NCBI GenBank assembly: GCA_963740235.1
Contig: CAVUDG010000006.1
Coordinates: 1 to 64,000, forward strand
Length of the DNA stretch: 64,000 nucleotides
Direction of reading: 5' to 3'
DNA from: an uncultured Bacteroidota bacterium
GTDB lineage: Bacteria; Bacteroidota; Rhodothermia; Rhodothermales; Rubricoccaceae
Shown: one piece after another, positions 20,194-29,057 of the stretch
Position numbering within the stretch: position 1 is the first letter of the stretch
How the letters are laid out: each line of letters starts with the position of its first letter
Position numbers and translations under genes: made by a program
Notes under the pieces: generated by a model
Databases searched by the model: none
What the model was told of the DNA's origin: nothing
Seen by the model: only the letters and a program-made list of their open reading frames with translations

Positions 20194-20211
20194 TGCAAGG
20201 TCCCCGCCACC
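20194..20211 (-). promoter_or_regulatory. sigma54 promoter (TGGCgg-N5-TTGCA) upstream of flgF
   Basis: Minus strand ggTGGCGGggaccTTGCAgg about 30 nt upstream of the flgF ATG (20164). A sigma54 activator gene is present at 4350..5762. Confidence 0.6.
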
Positions 20212-20484
20212 CGACCAATCGGTCCTGTGCGTCGCCAGGGCGCACGGACCGAGGAATCCGATTCCCCACGGCTGGAAAACCGTTCCGCGCGGCGGCACCC
20301 GGGTGCCCCCCACGGACCGTCCGGCGCTGGCGGCCTGCGTGGGGCGGGCAGGGTCGCCCGGCTGGGCCGGAGACGCGCGCGCGGCCGGCGGCCTGGGTCG
20401 GCGGTGCTCCGGGCCACGTCTGGGCTCGGTGCCGGGACGCCACGCCGGCGGGGGGCGTTCGCTGCGCCTCGACCGGCGACCTCG

Positions 20485-20528
20485 CCCGCCTCGGTGCCGC
20501 GCTGCGACGGCGCAGCCACCGAGGCGGA
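20485..20528. repeat. REP-like palindrome in the flgF/mutS divergent region
   Basis: cccgcctcggtg-ccgcgctgcgacggcgcagc-caccgaggcgg, a nested hairpin. Confidence 0.65.
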
Positions 20529-20606
20529 CGTAGTCGGCGCCCGCTGTCACGAGGGTGGCGGCGGGCGCCGCTATTTTGCGGGCGGGGCAACCGACACCAG
20601 GGCACC

Positions 20607-23369
20607 GTGGCCGACCAGAACGACCTTTTCTTGAGCGACTCCGAGCGGAAGCGGCAGAAGCAGACGCCGCTGATGCGGCAGTACTGGAAGATCAAGGACC
20701 GCCACCCCGGCGCGATCCTCCTCTTCCGCATGGGCGACTTTTACGAGACGTTCGAGGACGACGCCGTGACGGTCGCCGACGTGCTCGGCATCACGCTGAC
20801 CAAGCGGGGCAACGGGGCCGCCGAGGAGATCCCCCTGGCGGGGTTCCCTCATGGCGCGCTCGACCAGCACCTGCCCAAGCTGGTCCAGGCCGGCCACCGG
20901 GTCGCCGTCTGCGAGCAGCTGGAGGACCCGAAGACGGCGCGCAAGATCGTCAAGCGCGGCGTGGTCGAGGTCGTGACCCCGGGCGTCGCGTTCCGCGACC
21001 CGCTGCTCGACGCCAAGCACTCGACCTACCTCGCGGCCGTCGCCTGGGGGGAGGGCCGGGACCGTGACACGGTCGGGGTCGCCTTCGCGGACGCCTCGAC
21101 CGGCGAGTTCTACCTGACCGAGTCCCCGGTCGCCCGGCTGGGCAGCCTGCTCCAGACCATCGCCCCGGCCGAGGTCGTCGTCGACAAGCGGCACACCGAC
21201 CGGCTCCGCCAGGCCATGCGGGCGGTCCAGGGCGGCGAGCCGCCGTTCGCCGTCACCAAGCAGGAGGACTGGGTGTTCGGGCTCGACTTCGCGACCGAGA
21301 CGCTGCTCCGGCACTTCCAGACGCACAGCCTCAAGGGGTTCGGCGTCGACGGGATGACGGTCGGGGTGACGGCGGCGGGTGCAGCGCTGTACTACCTCGG
21401 CGAGACCCAGAAGGGGCGGATCCCCCACGTCCGCCGGCTCCAGCGGTACCGGGCCAAGGACCACATCGCGCTCGACCCGGCGACCAAGCGGAACTTGGAG
21501 CTGGTCGCCGCCCGGCACGACGGCAAGAAGGACGGCTCGCTCGTCGGCGTGATGGACGCGACGCTGACCCCGATGGGGGGCCGGCTCGTCCGCCAGTGGC
21601 TCGTCCGCCCGCTGTGCGACGTCGACCGGATCGTCCAGCGGCTCGACGCCGTCGACGCGCTGTTCCAGAACGCCAGGCTGCGCCGGTCGGTCCGCCAGGA
21701 GCTGCGGCACGTCGGCGACCTGGAGCGGCTGTGCGGCAAGGTCTGCACGGGCCGGGCGACGTCGCGCGACCTGGTCGCGCTGGGCACCACGCTGCGCCGG
21801 ATCCCCCCGGTCCAGGACCTGCTCGCCGACCAAGACGCCGGGCTCATCGGCCGGCTCCGCGAGCGGCTCTCGCCGTGCGACGACACGGCCGACGCGATCC
21901 GCCGGGCGCTCGTCGACGAGCCGCCGGCCCAGATCTCGGCCGGCGGGACGATCCGCCCGGGCTACGACGACGAGCTGGACCGGCTCCGCGACGTGGCCGG
22001 GAGCGGCAAGGAGTACCTCACCCAGCTCCAGGCGCGAGAAGCCAAGCGGACCGGCATCCCGAGCCTCAAGGTGGGCTACAACCGGGTGTTCGGGTACTAC
22101 CTCGAGGTGACCAACGCGCACAAAGAAAAGGCGCCCGACGAGTGGATCCGCAAGCAGACCCTGGTCAACGCCGAGCGCTACATCACGCCCGAGCTCAAGG
22201 AGTACGAGGAGACGATCTTGACGGCCCAGGACCGGATCGGCGAGATCGAGGGCCGGCTGGTCGACGCGCTACGGGAGCGGGTGGCCGAGGCGGTCGGGCC
22301 GATCCAGACGAACGCCCACGCGCTCGCCACGCTCGACGTGGTCGCCGGCTTCGCCGAGGTGGCCGAGCGGAACGGCTACGTCCGCCCCGAAGTCGACGAC
22401 TCGGCCGTGCTCGACGTCGTCGACGGGCGGCACCCGGTCGTGGAACAGATGCTACCGGCCGGCGAGGCGTTCATCCCCAACTCCGTCCGCCTCGGGGCCC
22501 CGGTGGGCGACGAGGCCGGGGTCGCCGCCGAGGCGGGCCAGATCCTGCTCATCACTGGGCCCAACATGGCTGGCAAGAGCGTCGTCCTCCGCCAGACCGC
22601 GCTCGTCGTGCTGCTGGCCCAGGTCGGCGCGTTCGTGCCGGCGGCCCGGGCCCGCGTGGGCGTGGTCGACGCGCTGTTCACGCGCGTCGGCGCCTCGGAC
22701 AACCTGGCCGCGGGCGAGTCGACGTTCCTGGTCGAGATGAACGAGACGGCCAACATCCTGAACAACGCGACGGCCCGGTCGCTCATCCTGCTCGACGAGG
22801 TCGGGCGGGGGACGAGCACGTTCGACGGGTTGTCGCTCGCCTGGGCCATCGTCGAGCACCTGCACGAGACCGAGGCCGTCGCGGCGCGGACCCTGTTCGC
22901 GACGCACTACCACGAGCTCGACGCGTTGTCGGAGCGGCTGGCCCGGGTCCAGAGCTACAGCGTCCGGGTGCGCGAGCACGAGGGCCGCGTCGTGTTCCTT
23001 CGGACGCTGGTCCCGGGCGGGGCCGACCACAGCTACGGGATCGAGGTGGCCCGGATGGCGGGGCTGCCCGCCTCGGTGGTCGACCGGGCGCGCCGCGTGC
23101 TCCGCCATCTGGAGGCCCACGACGTCGCGGCCGAGGTGGGCGTCCAGGCCTCGGGCGCTCAGGCCTCGGGCGACGGGCTGCCCACCTCGGCGCGGCCGTC
23201 GGTCGGCGCGTTGCCCGAGGCGGGAGGGGTCCCGGTGGCGCTCGCCGCGCCAGACCCGATCGCGACTGACGTCCTGGACCGGCTGGCCGATCTCGAGCCC
23301 GACCGGATGACGCCGATCGAGGCGCTCATGGCCATCGCCGACCTCAAAGCGGCCTCCGAGGGGCGATAG
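20607..23369 (+). CDS. mutS: DNA mismatch repair protein MutS (intact, GTG start)
   Basis: TPLMRQYWKIKDRHPGAILLFRMGDFYETFEDDA ... ITGPNMAGKS ... STFLVEMNETANIL ... LFATHYHEL. Continuous ~920 aa in ORF 20073..23369. Confidence 0.9.
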   Translation: MADQNDLFLSDSERKRQKQTPLMRQYWKIKDRHPGAILLFRMGDFYETFEDDAVTVADVLGITLTKRGNGAAEEIPLAGFPHGALDQHLPKLVQAGHRVAVCEQLEDPKTARKIVKRGVVEVVTPGVAFRDPLLDAKHSTYLAAVAWGEGRDRDTVGVAFADASTGEFYLTESPVARLGSLLQTIAPAEVVVDKRHTDRLRQAMRAVQGGEPPFAVTKQEDWVFGLDFATETLLRHFQTHSLKGFGVDGMTVGVTAAGAALYYLGETQKGRIPHVRRLQRYRAKDHIALDPATKRNLELVAARHDGKKDGSLVGVMDATLTPMGGRLVRQWLVRPLCDVDRIVQRLDAVDALFQNARLRRSVRQELRHVGDLERLCGKVCTGRATSRDLVALGTTLRRIPPVQDLLADQDAGLIGRLRERLSPCDDTADAIRRALVDEPPAQISAGGTIRPGYDDELDRLRDVAGSGKEYLTQLQAREAKRTGIPSLKVGYNRVFGYYLEVTNAHKEKAPDEWIRKQTLVNAERYITPELKEYEETILTAQDRIGEIEGRLVDALRERVAEAVGPIQTNAHALATLDVVAGFAEVAERNGYVRPEVDDSAVLDVVDGRHPVVEQMLPAGEAFIPNSVRLGAPVGDEAGVAAEAGQILLITGPNMAGKSVVLRQTALVVLLAQVGAFVPAARARVGVVDALFTRVGASDNLAAGESTFLVEMNETANILNNATARSLILLDEVGRGTSTFDGLSLAWAIVEHLHETEAVAARTLFATHYHELDALSERLARVQSYSVRVREHEGRVVFLRTLVPGGADHSYGIEVARMAGLPASVVDRARRVLRHLEAHDVAAEVGVQASGAQASGDGLPTSARPSVGALPEAGGVPVALAAPDPIATDVLDRLADLEPDRMTPIEALMAIADLKAASEGR

Positions 23370-23585
23370 AGCAGGACGGACGATGAATTCGGATGGAGAG
23401 GGGAGCCGATCACGATCCAGCCCGTAGACGCCCTCTCTTACGGCCTTCTGTGAGATCCCGGCAGTTCTGTCGGTTCCCGCACGTGGCCGTGGATCGTTTC
23501 CCCGTCTGGCACCCGCCGACGGGTTCTTCGGCGGCCGCCGCACCATCGCTCGCGTCGGCCGCCCTCTCACTTACCCCGTATTGTC

Positions 23586-23879
23586 ATGCGCACATTCATT
23601 CTCGCTCTCGCCCTGGCGACCCCGCTCGTCCTCACCGGCTGCCAGTCTGAGCAGGCCGACGCCGTCGAGGATCGCGGCGAAGCCATCGACGAGGCGTACG
23701 AGGACGCCGGCATGGACGAGACCGGCGACGCCATCGAGGAGCAGTACGAGGACGCCGCCGACGCCATCGACGAGCGGATCGAGGACGGCGCCCCCGCCGG
23801 CGACCGCGCCGACGTGATCGGCGACGGCGAGATCATCGATGAGCCCGGTGAGCCCGACGCCGACGTGCTCGGCCAGTAG
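23586..23879 (+). CDS. small highly acidic lipoprotein (copy 1 of a tandem duplication)
   Basis: MRTFILALALATPLVLTGC lipobox, then a D/E-rich body ending GAPAGDRADVIGDGEIIDEPGEPDADVLGQ. Hairpin plus T-tract terminator downstream. Confidence 0.7.
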   Translation: MRTFILALALATPLVLTGCQSEQADAVEDRGEAIDEAYEDAGMDETGDAIEEQYEDAADAIDERIEDGAPAGDRADVIGDGEIIDEPGEPDADVLGQ

Positions 23880-23909
23880 GTCTCTCGCACTCCAGGGCTT
23901 CGGCCCGCG

Positions 23910-23950
23910 CCGGGGCGCTCCTGAAAGGGGGCGCCCCGGTTCTGTTTTGG
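23910..23950 (+). terminator. intrinsic terminator after acidic lipoprotein copy 1
   Basis: CCGGGGCGCtcctgaaagggGGCGCCCCGG followed by TTCTGTTTT. Confidence 0.7.
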
Positions 23951-23998
23951 GCCTTTTGTGGGGCCTCTCACCGCCGGGGCTCCATGGAGAGCGTGTGA

Positions 23999-24028
23999 TT
24001 GGACGGGCCTCGCAATTGGGTACGTTTG
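23999..24028 (+). promoter_or_regulatory. Bacteroidota-type sigmaA promoter (-33 TTG / -7 TACGTTTG, 19-nt spacer) for acidic lipoprotein copy 2
   Basis: gaTTGgacgggcctcgcaattgggTACGTTTGcc. The ~85-nt leader contains the element CCGCCGCACCATCGCTCGCGTCGGC shared with copy 1. Confidence 0.5.
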
Positions 24029-24113
24029 CCTCGTCTCCACCGGAGACCCGGGCCCCGCCGCACCATCGCTCGCGTCGGCTACCGGACACCCACCCCCCCC
24101 TTTCTGCACTCTC

Positions 24114-24392
24114 ATGCGCGCATTCATTCTGACCCTCGCCCTCTCCCTGCCCCTGGCTCTCTCGGCCTGCGCCGACAGCGCTGAGCAGAACGCCATCGAC
24201 GAGGGCGCCCCCGCCGGTGACATGGAGGACGTGATCGGCGACGGCGAGATCATCGACGAGCCCGGCGAGATCGACCCCGACGACACCATGATCCAGGACG
24301 GCGCTCCCGCCGGTGACATGGAGGACGTGATCGGCGACGGCGAGATCATCGACGAGCCCGGCGAGCCCGACGCCGACGAGATGGGCATGTAA
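24114..24392 (+). CDS. small highly acidic lipoprotein (copy 2, internal repeat x2)
   Basis: MRAFILTLALSLPLALSAC, then two copies of GAPAGDMEDVIGDGEIIDEPGE(I/P)D. ORF track 23958..24392 includes an upstream extension. Confidence 0.7.
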   Translation: MRAFILTLALSLPLALSACADSAEQNAIDEGAPAGDMEDVIGDGEIIDEPGEIDPDDTMIQDGAPAGDMEDVIGDGEIIDEPGEPDADEMGM

Positions 24393-24411
24393 GCCTCGGC
24401 TTACCCATTCT

Positions 24412-24450
24412 AGGGCGCCCTCCGGTCTTCCGGGGGGCGCCCTTTTTCGT
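24412..24450 (+). terminator. intrinsic terminator after acidic lipoprotein copy 2
   Basis: GGGCGCCCtccggtcttccggGGGGCGCCC followed by TTTTT. Confidence 0.7.
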
Positions 24451-24488
24451 TCGGGGCACCTCCGCCACCCCGAGCCCGTACCGGGCCC

Positions 24489-24998
24489 ATGAGCAGAGCC
24501 TTCGTCAAGGAGGGGGCCCCCGAGGTCCCCGTCGTCGTCCCTCCCCGCGCGCCCTTGCCAGCGGGCGTCGCCAACTACGTCACGCCTGGCGGCCTCGCCG
24601 CTCTCCGCGCCGAGAAAGCGGACCTGGAGCGGCAGCGGGCCGGTCTCGACCCCGAGGACCCCGACGCGGGCCGCGAGCGCGAGCTCCTGACCGGCCGCCT
24701 CGGGCTGCTCGTGGAACGGATCGCACGGAGCCAGGTCGTCGACCCGGCGCGTGTCGCGTCAGACCAGGTCCGCTTCGGCGCGACCGTGACCGTGCGCGAG
24801 CCCGACGGCGCCGAGCGGACGGTCCGCATCGTCGGCGTCGACGAGGCGGACTCCGAGGCGGGCACGGTCGCGTTCACGTCGCCGCTGGCCCGCGCCCTCA
24901 CCGGAAAGACGGCCGGCGACGCGGCCACGCTCAAGACGCCCGCCGGGGAGCGCCCGCTGACCGTCGTCGCCGTCCGCTACGTCGTCGCTGGCGGCTAG
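24489..24998 (+). CDS. GreA/GreB-family transcription elongation factor-like protein (Rnk-like)
   Basis: 169 aa. N-terminal MSRAFVKEG..YVTPGGLAALRAE coiled region and C-terminal FKBP-like GATVTVRE..GAERTVRIVG..EAD..GTVAFTSPLARALTGK. Confidence 0.7.
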   Translation: MSRAFVKEGAPEVPVVVPPRAPLPAGVANYVTPGGLAALRAEKADLERQRAGLDPEDPDAGRERELLTGRLGLLVERIARSQVVDPARVASDQVRFGATVTVREPDGAERTVRIVGVDEADSEAGTVAFTSPLARALTGKTAGDAATLKTPAGERPLTVVAVRYVVAGG

Positions 24999-25558
24999 TG
25001 GGAGTTGAGCGCGGTCCCCGGCGTCCCGTCGCCGGGGATGTCGTGGACGTCCGAGGAGACCTCGGCGTTGCCGGAGGCCGTCTCGCTGAGGTCCGGCGCG
25101 GCGTTGACCGTCCGGAGCTCGGGGTCGCCGGGCGTGCCGCCGACGTCGGTCGAGATCCCCTCGATCTCGTCGGGCCGCGACCCGCCCGCGAGCGCGATGC
25201 CGGCGGCCTTGACGTAGCCGCCCAGGCGGCGCAGGGGGGCCTTGAGGTGGTCCTGGTCGATGGTGTCGGCCGCCTCGGCCGTGTGCGCGCCTAGGCGCTT
25301 CATGGTGTCGCCAATGTCGGCGGCCGTCGCCGGGCCCTCGGCTTGGTCGCCGTCGAGCTGGCGCGCGAGCGTCACCAGGCCGTCGCGGATGCCGAGCAGG
25401 TCGGGCCGGTCGGCCTCTTCGATCTTGGCGGCCCAGCCGCGGCAGACGTCGGCCGCGCCGGAGGTCGAGAGGGTCGAGGTCAGGCCGTCCTTGAAGGCCT
25501 CAAGCGTGCTAAAGATGGAGATGCCGTCGTCGGTCGGGCGGGGAGTCGTGTCGGACAT
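24995..25558 (-). CDS. hypothetical protein, paralog 1 of 3 tandem uncharacterized helical proteins
   Basis: Shares the DxWxxKIEEAxRPDLLxIxxxLxxLxxQL...LKxxLxRLGxxxxxAG pattern with the next two ORFs. Start taken as MSDTTPRP. Confidence 0.55.
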   Translation of the reverse strand: MSDTTPRPTDDGISIFSTLEAFKDGLTSTLSTSGAADVCRGWAAKIEEADRPDLLGIRDGLVTLARQLDGDQAEGPATAADIGDTMKRLGAHTAEAADTIDQDHLKAPLRRLGGYVKAAGIALAGGSRPDEIEGISTDVGGTPGDPELRTVNAAPDLSETASGNAEVSSDVHDIPGDGTPGTALNSH

Positions 25559-25641
25559 GGAGGGGAGACGTGAGAGAGGGAGGGGGAGGGTCGCCGGGCC
25601 CACCTCAGCACCGAGGTGGGCCGGGTCGCAGCGAGAACGCC

Positions 25642-25974
25642 TCAGCCGGCGAGCGTCGTCGCGGCGCGGTCGAGTGCCGCAGCGATGTGGTCGAGCCGAG
25701 GCCGGACGCGAGCGTCGGTCACGTCCGCCGACCGAGTCGCCTCGGCCAGGCGAGCGAGCGTGTCGGAGATGGCGCGGCCGTCCAGGCGGTCGCCGGACAG
25801 CAGGTCGCGCAGGTCACCCAGGCCGCCGGCGACGGCGTCGAGGCCAGCGTCGCGGCAGGCGCTCTGCCACCGGTCGACGATGGACAGGGCAGCCGTGGGC
25901 GTGAGGGCCGAGAGCGGCCCGTCCAGGGCCGCCTCGGTCTCGGCGAGGGCGTTGGCGTCGGTGGGGTCGTTCAT
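25642..25974 (-). CDS. hypothetical protein, paralog 2
   Basis: 110 aa. IVDRWQSACRDAGLDAVAGGLGDLRDLLSGDRLDGRAISDTLARLAE aligns with paralogs 1 and 3. Confidence 0.55.
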   Translation of the reverse strand: MNDPTDANALAETEAALDGPLSALTPTAALSIVDRWQSACRDAGLDAVAGGLGDLRDLLSGDRLDGRAISDTLARLAEATRSADVTDARVRPRLDHIAAALDRAATTLAG

Positions 25975-25976
25975 GA

Positions 25977-26366
25977 CTACGTGGTGCTAGAGCCGCCGAG
26001 CGCGCCGCCGGCGTGGCGGAGGAGGGAGCCGAGCCGCTGGAGCCCCTTCTTGAGGTCCTCGTTGGTGTCGCCCGTCGTCGAGGGCGACACGTCGCTCGCG
26101 GCCGCCTCGGTCTGCTCGCCGAGGCGGACCAGGATGGCGCCGACGCGGACGCCGTCGACGCCCTCGCCGACGAGCGACTGGCGGAGCTCGCCGAGCGCGG
26201 CGGCGATCGGGAGCAGGTCGGCCCGCTCGGTCTCCTCGATCTTGCGCTTCCAGTCGTCGATCTTGTTGATCGCCTTGGAGAGCGGGATCTGGTCGAGGCC
26301 GCGCTCGAGCTCGTCGGTGGTCGCCTTGACCTCGGCGGCCTCGGTTTCGTTGGGGATGTTGTCCAT
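25977..26366 (-). CDS. hypothetical protein, paralog 3
   Basis: 129 aa. KIDDWKRKIEETERADLLPIAAALGELRQSLVGEGVDGVRVGAILVRLGEQTEAAASD ... LKKGLQRLGSLLRHAGGAL. Confidence 0.55.
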   Translation of the reverse strand: MDNIPNETEAAEVKATTDELERGLDQIPLSKAINKIDDWKRKIEETERADLLPIAAALGELRQSLVGEGVDGVRVGAILVRLGEQTEAAASDVSPSTTGDTNEDLKKGLQRLGSLLRHAGGALGGSSTT

Positions 26367-26399
26367 GACAGGGGAGAGAGAGGGAGGGGAAGGAGGGGA

Positions 26400-27422
26400 C
26401 TAGGCGGAGCCGCGGGGCCGGCACGACGCCGGCCGGCACGCCGTCGCCGGAGGACGGCGGGAAGTCGGCCGAGGCCGGCTCGTCGACGCCGCCGAAGAAC
26501 TCGGCGCGCGCGGCCTCGGCCACCTTCATCGTGACGTAGCCGTCCGAGGCCGCGCCGATGAAGCCGCCGACGAGCGGGATGCCGCGGAACAGCCGGCGCT
26601 TGACTCGGCCCGCGACGACCTTCTTGGCGCCCCACTTGGCCGCCCCGACGGTCGTCGCGATGACCAGGTTGATGCCCGCGCTCGGCCAGCTTGAGGCCGA
26701 CCCGGTCGAGCGTCTCCTGCTCGGCGTCGCGGGCCGGGTCCGCCGGGCCCGAGCCGATCAGGCAGTTCAGCACGCGCTCGCGCGTGGCGGGCAGGCTCGG
26801 CTCGTGGCCCGCCAGCGCGGCGACGGACGCCGCCATGTGGAGCTGGACCGACGCGACCGCGGCCATGTTGGCCGGGAGCACGAACGGGCAGCGTGATCCA
26901 GCCGCCGAGCCCGCTCAGGAACCCGGCCGAGGCCGAGACGGCGATGTGGCGGCGGACCAGGTGGTCGATCTGGTCGTCGACGGACACGCGGCCAGGCGGG
27001 CCTCGGCGGCCCGGTCGCGCGGCGAGCCCGAGGCCGGGCACGCCGTCCAGGACGGTCGGGTACAAGCGGTCGAGGACGAACCGGCGGACGGTGGTAGACA
27101 TGGGATCAGGGGGAAAGGGGGAAGGTCGACGCGGCCGAGACGGTACGCCGGCGAACCGGTCGAGCTCCGACTCGATCTCGCGGCGCAGGAGCCGCCGGAA
27201 GGGCCGGGCGGCCAGCCCGAGCGAGGCCTCGACCCGGACCGCGTCGGGCGTCGGCGTCGAGGCGGCCGCGGACGCCGCGGCCCGTCGACGTACACCGTCT
27301 CGCCCTCGCGCCGCGTCGTCACGCCGAACTCGCGGCGGAGCCGGTCGGCGACCTGGTCGACGGCGCGGCGCGCGGCGTCGGGGCCGAGCGCGTGCGGAGC
27401 GGGAGAGGACGATGTCGGCCAT
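26400..27422 (-). pseudogene. EcsC-family membrane protein, at least 4 apparent frameshifts
   Basis: GINLVIATTVGAAKWGAKKVVAGRVKRRLFRGIPLVGGFIGAASDGYVTMKVAEAARAEFF (ORF 25987..26529 and read-through). Upstream pieces VDQVADRLRREFGVTTREGETVYVDG, LIGSGPADPARDAEQETLDRVGL and VDDQIDHLVRRHIAVSASAGFLSGLGGWITLPV fall in different frames. Confidence 0.6.
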
Positions 27423-27556
27423 GAGGGGCGGGGCGGTCGGAGGTACGCGGGCTGGGCACGCGGGGTCCGGCGGCGCCTCGGCCGGGGAATCCCCTGACTC
27501 CGACCGGCCGCCGGCTGCGAGTTTTCCCGTTTCTCGTTCCTCCGCTCCCCGCTCCC

Positions 27557-28180
27557 ATGATCGACGACTTTCTCGGCCGCTCGCCCCGCCTGGGCGCCGA
27601 CGTCTACGTCTCCGACACCGCCGCCGTCGTCGGCGACGTCACGCTGGGCGACGGCGCCAGCGTCTGGTTCGGGGCCTCGCTCCGCGGCGACGTCCACTGG
27701 ATCTGGGTGGGCGCCGGCTCCAACGTGCAGGACAACGCGACCGTCCACGTCTCGCGCGGGACGCACCCCTGCCGCATCGGCGCCGGCGTGACCATCGGGC
27801 ACAACGCCGTCGTCCACGGCTGCACCGTCGAGGACGACGTGCTGGTGGGGATGGGCGCGGTCGTGCTCGACGGCGCCGTGATCGGCGCCGGCTCGCTCGT
27901 CGGCGCGGGCGCGCTCGTGACCGGGCGGGACCGTCGTTCCACCCGGCTCGCTCGTGCTCGGCTCGCCCGGCCCGCGTCGTCCGCGCGCTCACCGAGGCGG
28001 AGGTGGAGCCGCAACCGCGCCAACGCGGCGCACTACGTCCGCATGGCCCGGATGTACCGAGGGGCTGAGACCGGCCCGCGGCCAACCCGTTCTACGACGG
28101 ACGCCCCGGATCCGGCGGCGCGGGCTAGCCCTGCTTGGCCAGCTCGCGCATCTCGTCGTGATCCGTCGACCGCCCGATGA
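27557..28180 (+). CDS. gamma-class carbonic anhydrase / hexapeptide-repeat protein (YrdA/PaaY family), C-terminus with apparent frameshifts
   Basis: MIDDFLGRSPRLGADVYVSDTAAVVGDVTLGDGASVWFGASLRGD ... HGCTVEDDVLVGMGAVVLDGAVIGAGSLVGAGALVT. Tail ARVVRALTEAEVE is in ORF 26893..28068. Tail ANAAHYVRMARMYRG is back in the first frame. Confidence 0.75.
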   Translation: MIDDFLGRSPRLGADVYVSDTAAVVGDVTLGDGASVWFGASLRGDVHWIWVGAGSNVQDNATVHVSRGTHPCRIGAGVTIGHNAVVHGCTVEDDVLVGMGAVVLDGAVIGAGSLVGAGALVTGRDRRSTRLARARLARPASSARSPRRRWSRNRANAAHYVRMARMYRGAETGPRPTRSTTDAPDPAARASPAWPARASRRDPSTAR

Positions 28181-28467
28181 CGATCGTGTAGGCCTCGCCG
28201 GACGCGTCGCGGTCCCGGGCCGAGGCCATCTTGACGTCCGTGCCGAAGTTGCGCTTGACACCTTGGTAGACGCCCAGCTTCGCGCTCTTGTCGATGCGAC
28301 GGAGGACCAGGAACTCGCCGTCGCCCGAGACCGGAGATGCTGTCGTAGACCGGGGTGTACTTCGAGCCGCGCGTGCCGCGCTGGCGGGAGCTCTTGAGGA
28401 TGCCGGCGGCTTCCTCCTTGTCGACGACGTCCATGTCGAACGCGGGAGCTTTGGGGGACTTGGCCAT
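28125..28467 (-). CDS. hypothetical small protein, one apparent frameshift
   Basis: N-terminus MAKSPKAPAFDMDVVDKEEAAGILKSSRQRGTRGSKYTPVYDSISG is in ORF 28033..28467. C-terminus DGEFLVLRRIDKSAKLGVYQGVKRNFGTDVKMASARDRDASGEAYTIVIGRSTDHDEMRELAKQG is in ORF 28125..28649. Confidence 0.45.
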
Positions 28468-29057
28468 GGGAGGTGGGGGGTAGAAGAAAGGGGTGGCCGT
28501 CGAGAAACGGTCGACACATCGATCGGCGCGGCATGTCTGAACGCGGTGGCGAGGATGGGTACCGGTTCGAAACGTGTTTTGAACGACGGCGTCTGTTCCG
28601 GGTCGGGACTCTTGACGTCGACCGTGTGCAGCTCGGGGCGAGAAAACACCCGTTCGGTAGGACGCGGGGACGCCTCCCGGAAGGCGTCTGCGAGCGCGCC
28701 TGACGCCGCTGTGGCGTGATCTTTGGAAGCGCTACGGACTCACACCCTTCCTCCTTCGCCATGACCCCCTCGCGCCTCCGCCTGCTGGCCGCGCTCGGGA
28801 TCGCCTGCCTCGCCTCGTCCGTGTTGTTGGCCAAGGTCGCCCCCGAGTCGCCGCGCGTCGATCCTCGACTCGATCTACAGCTAGCCCCGCTGCTCGCGCG
28901 TAGGCAGTCCCGCCCGCGGCCCCCCCTGAACCGGTGGGGGAGCGGTCCGTCGTGTGCGTTCGCTGCGGGGCGCTCGGTCGCCTACCTTCGGAGGGGTCCG
29001 GCGTAACTCGGCCGTGCGGACCGTCGTAACCGGTCCTAGTCCCACCCTCCCGCGCCG

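Noticed and set aside
20560-20585. Bacteroidota-type -7 box (TATTTTG) 27 nt upstream of the mutS GTG.
   Set aside because: One T short of TAnnTTTG and no TTG at -33, so too weak to call.
28540-28590. Possible tRNA from a GGTTCGAA-like motif (accggttcgaaacg) and other short GTTCGA matches.
   Set aside because: No acceptor/anticodon/T-arm geometry around it and no GTTCGAATCC consensus. No tRNA, rRNA or CRISPR array was found anywhere in the window.
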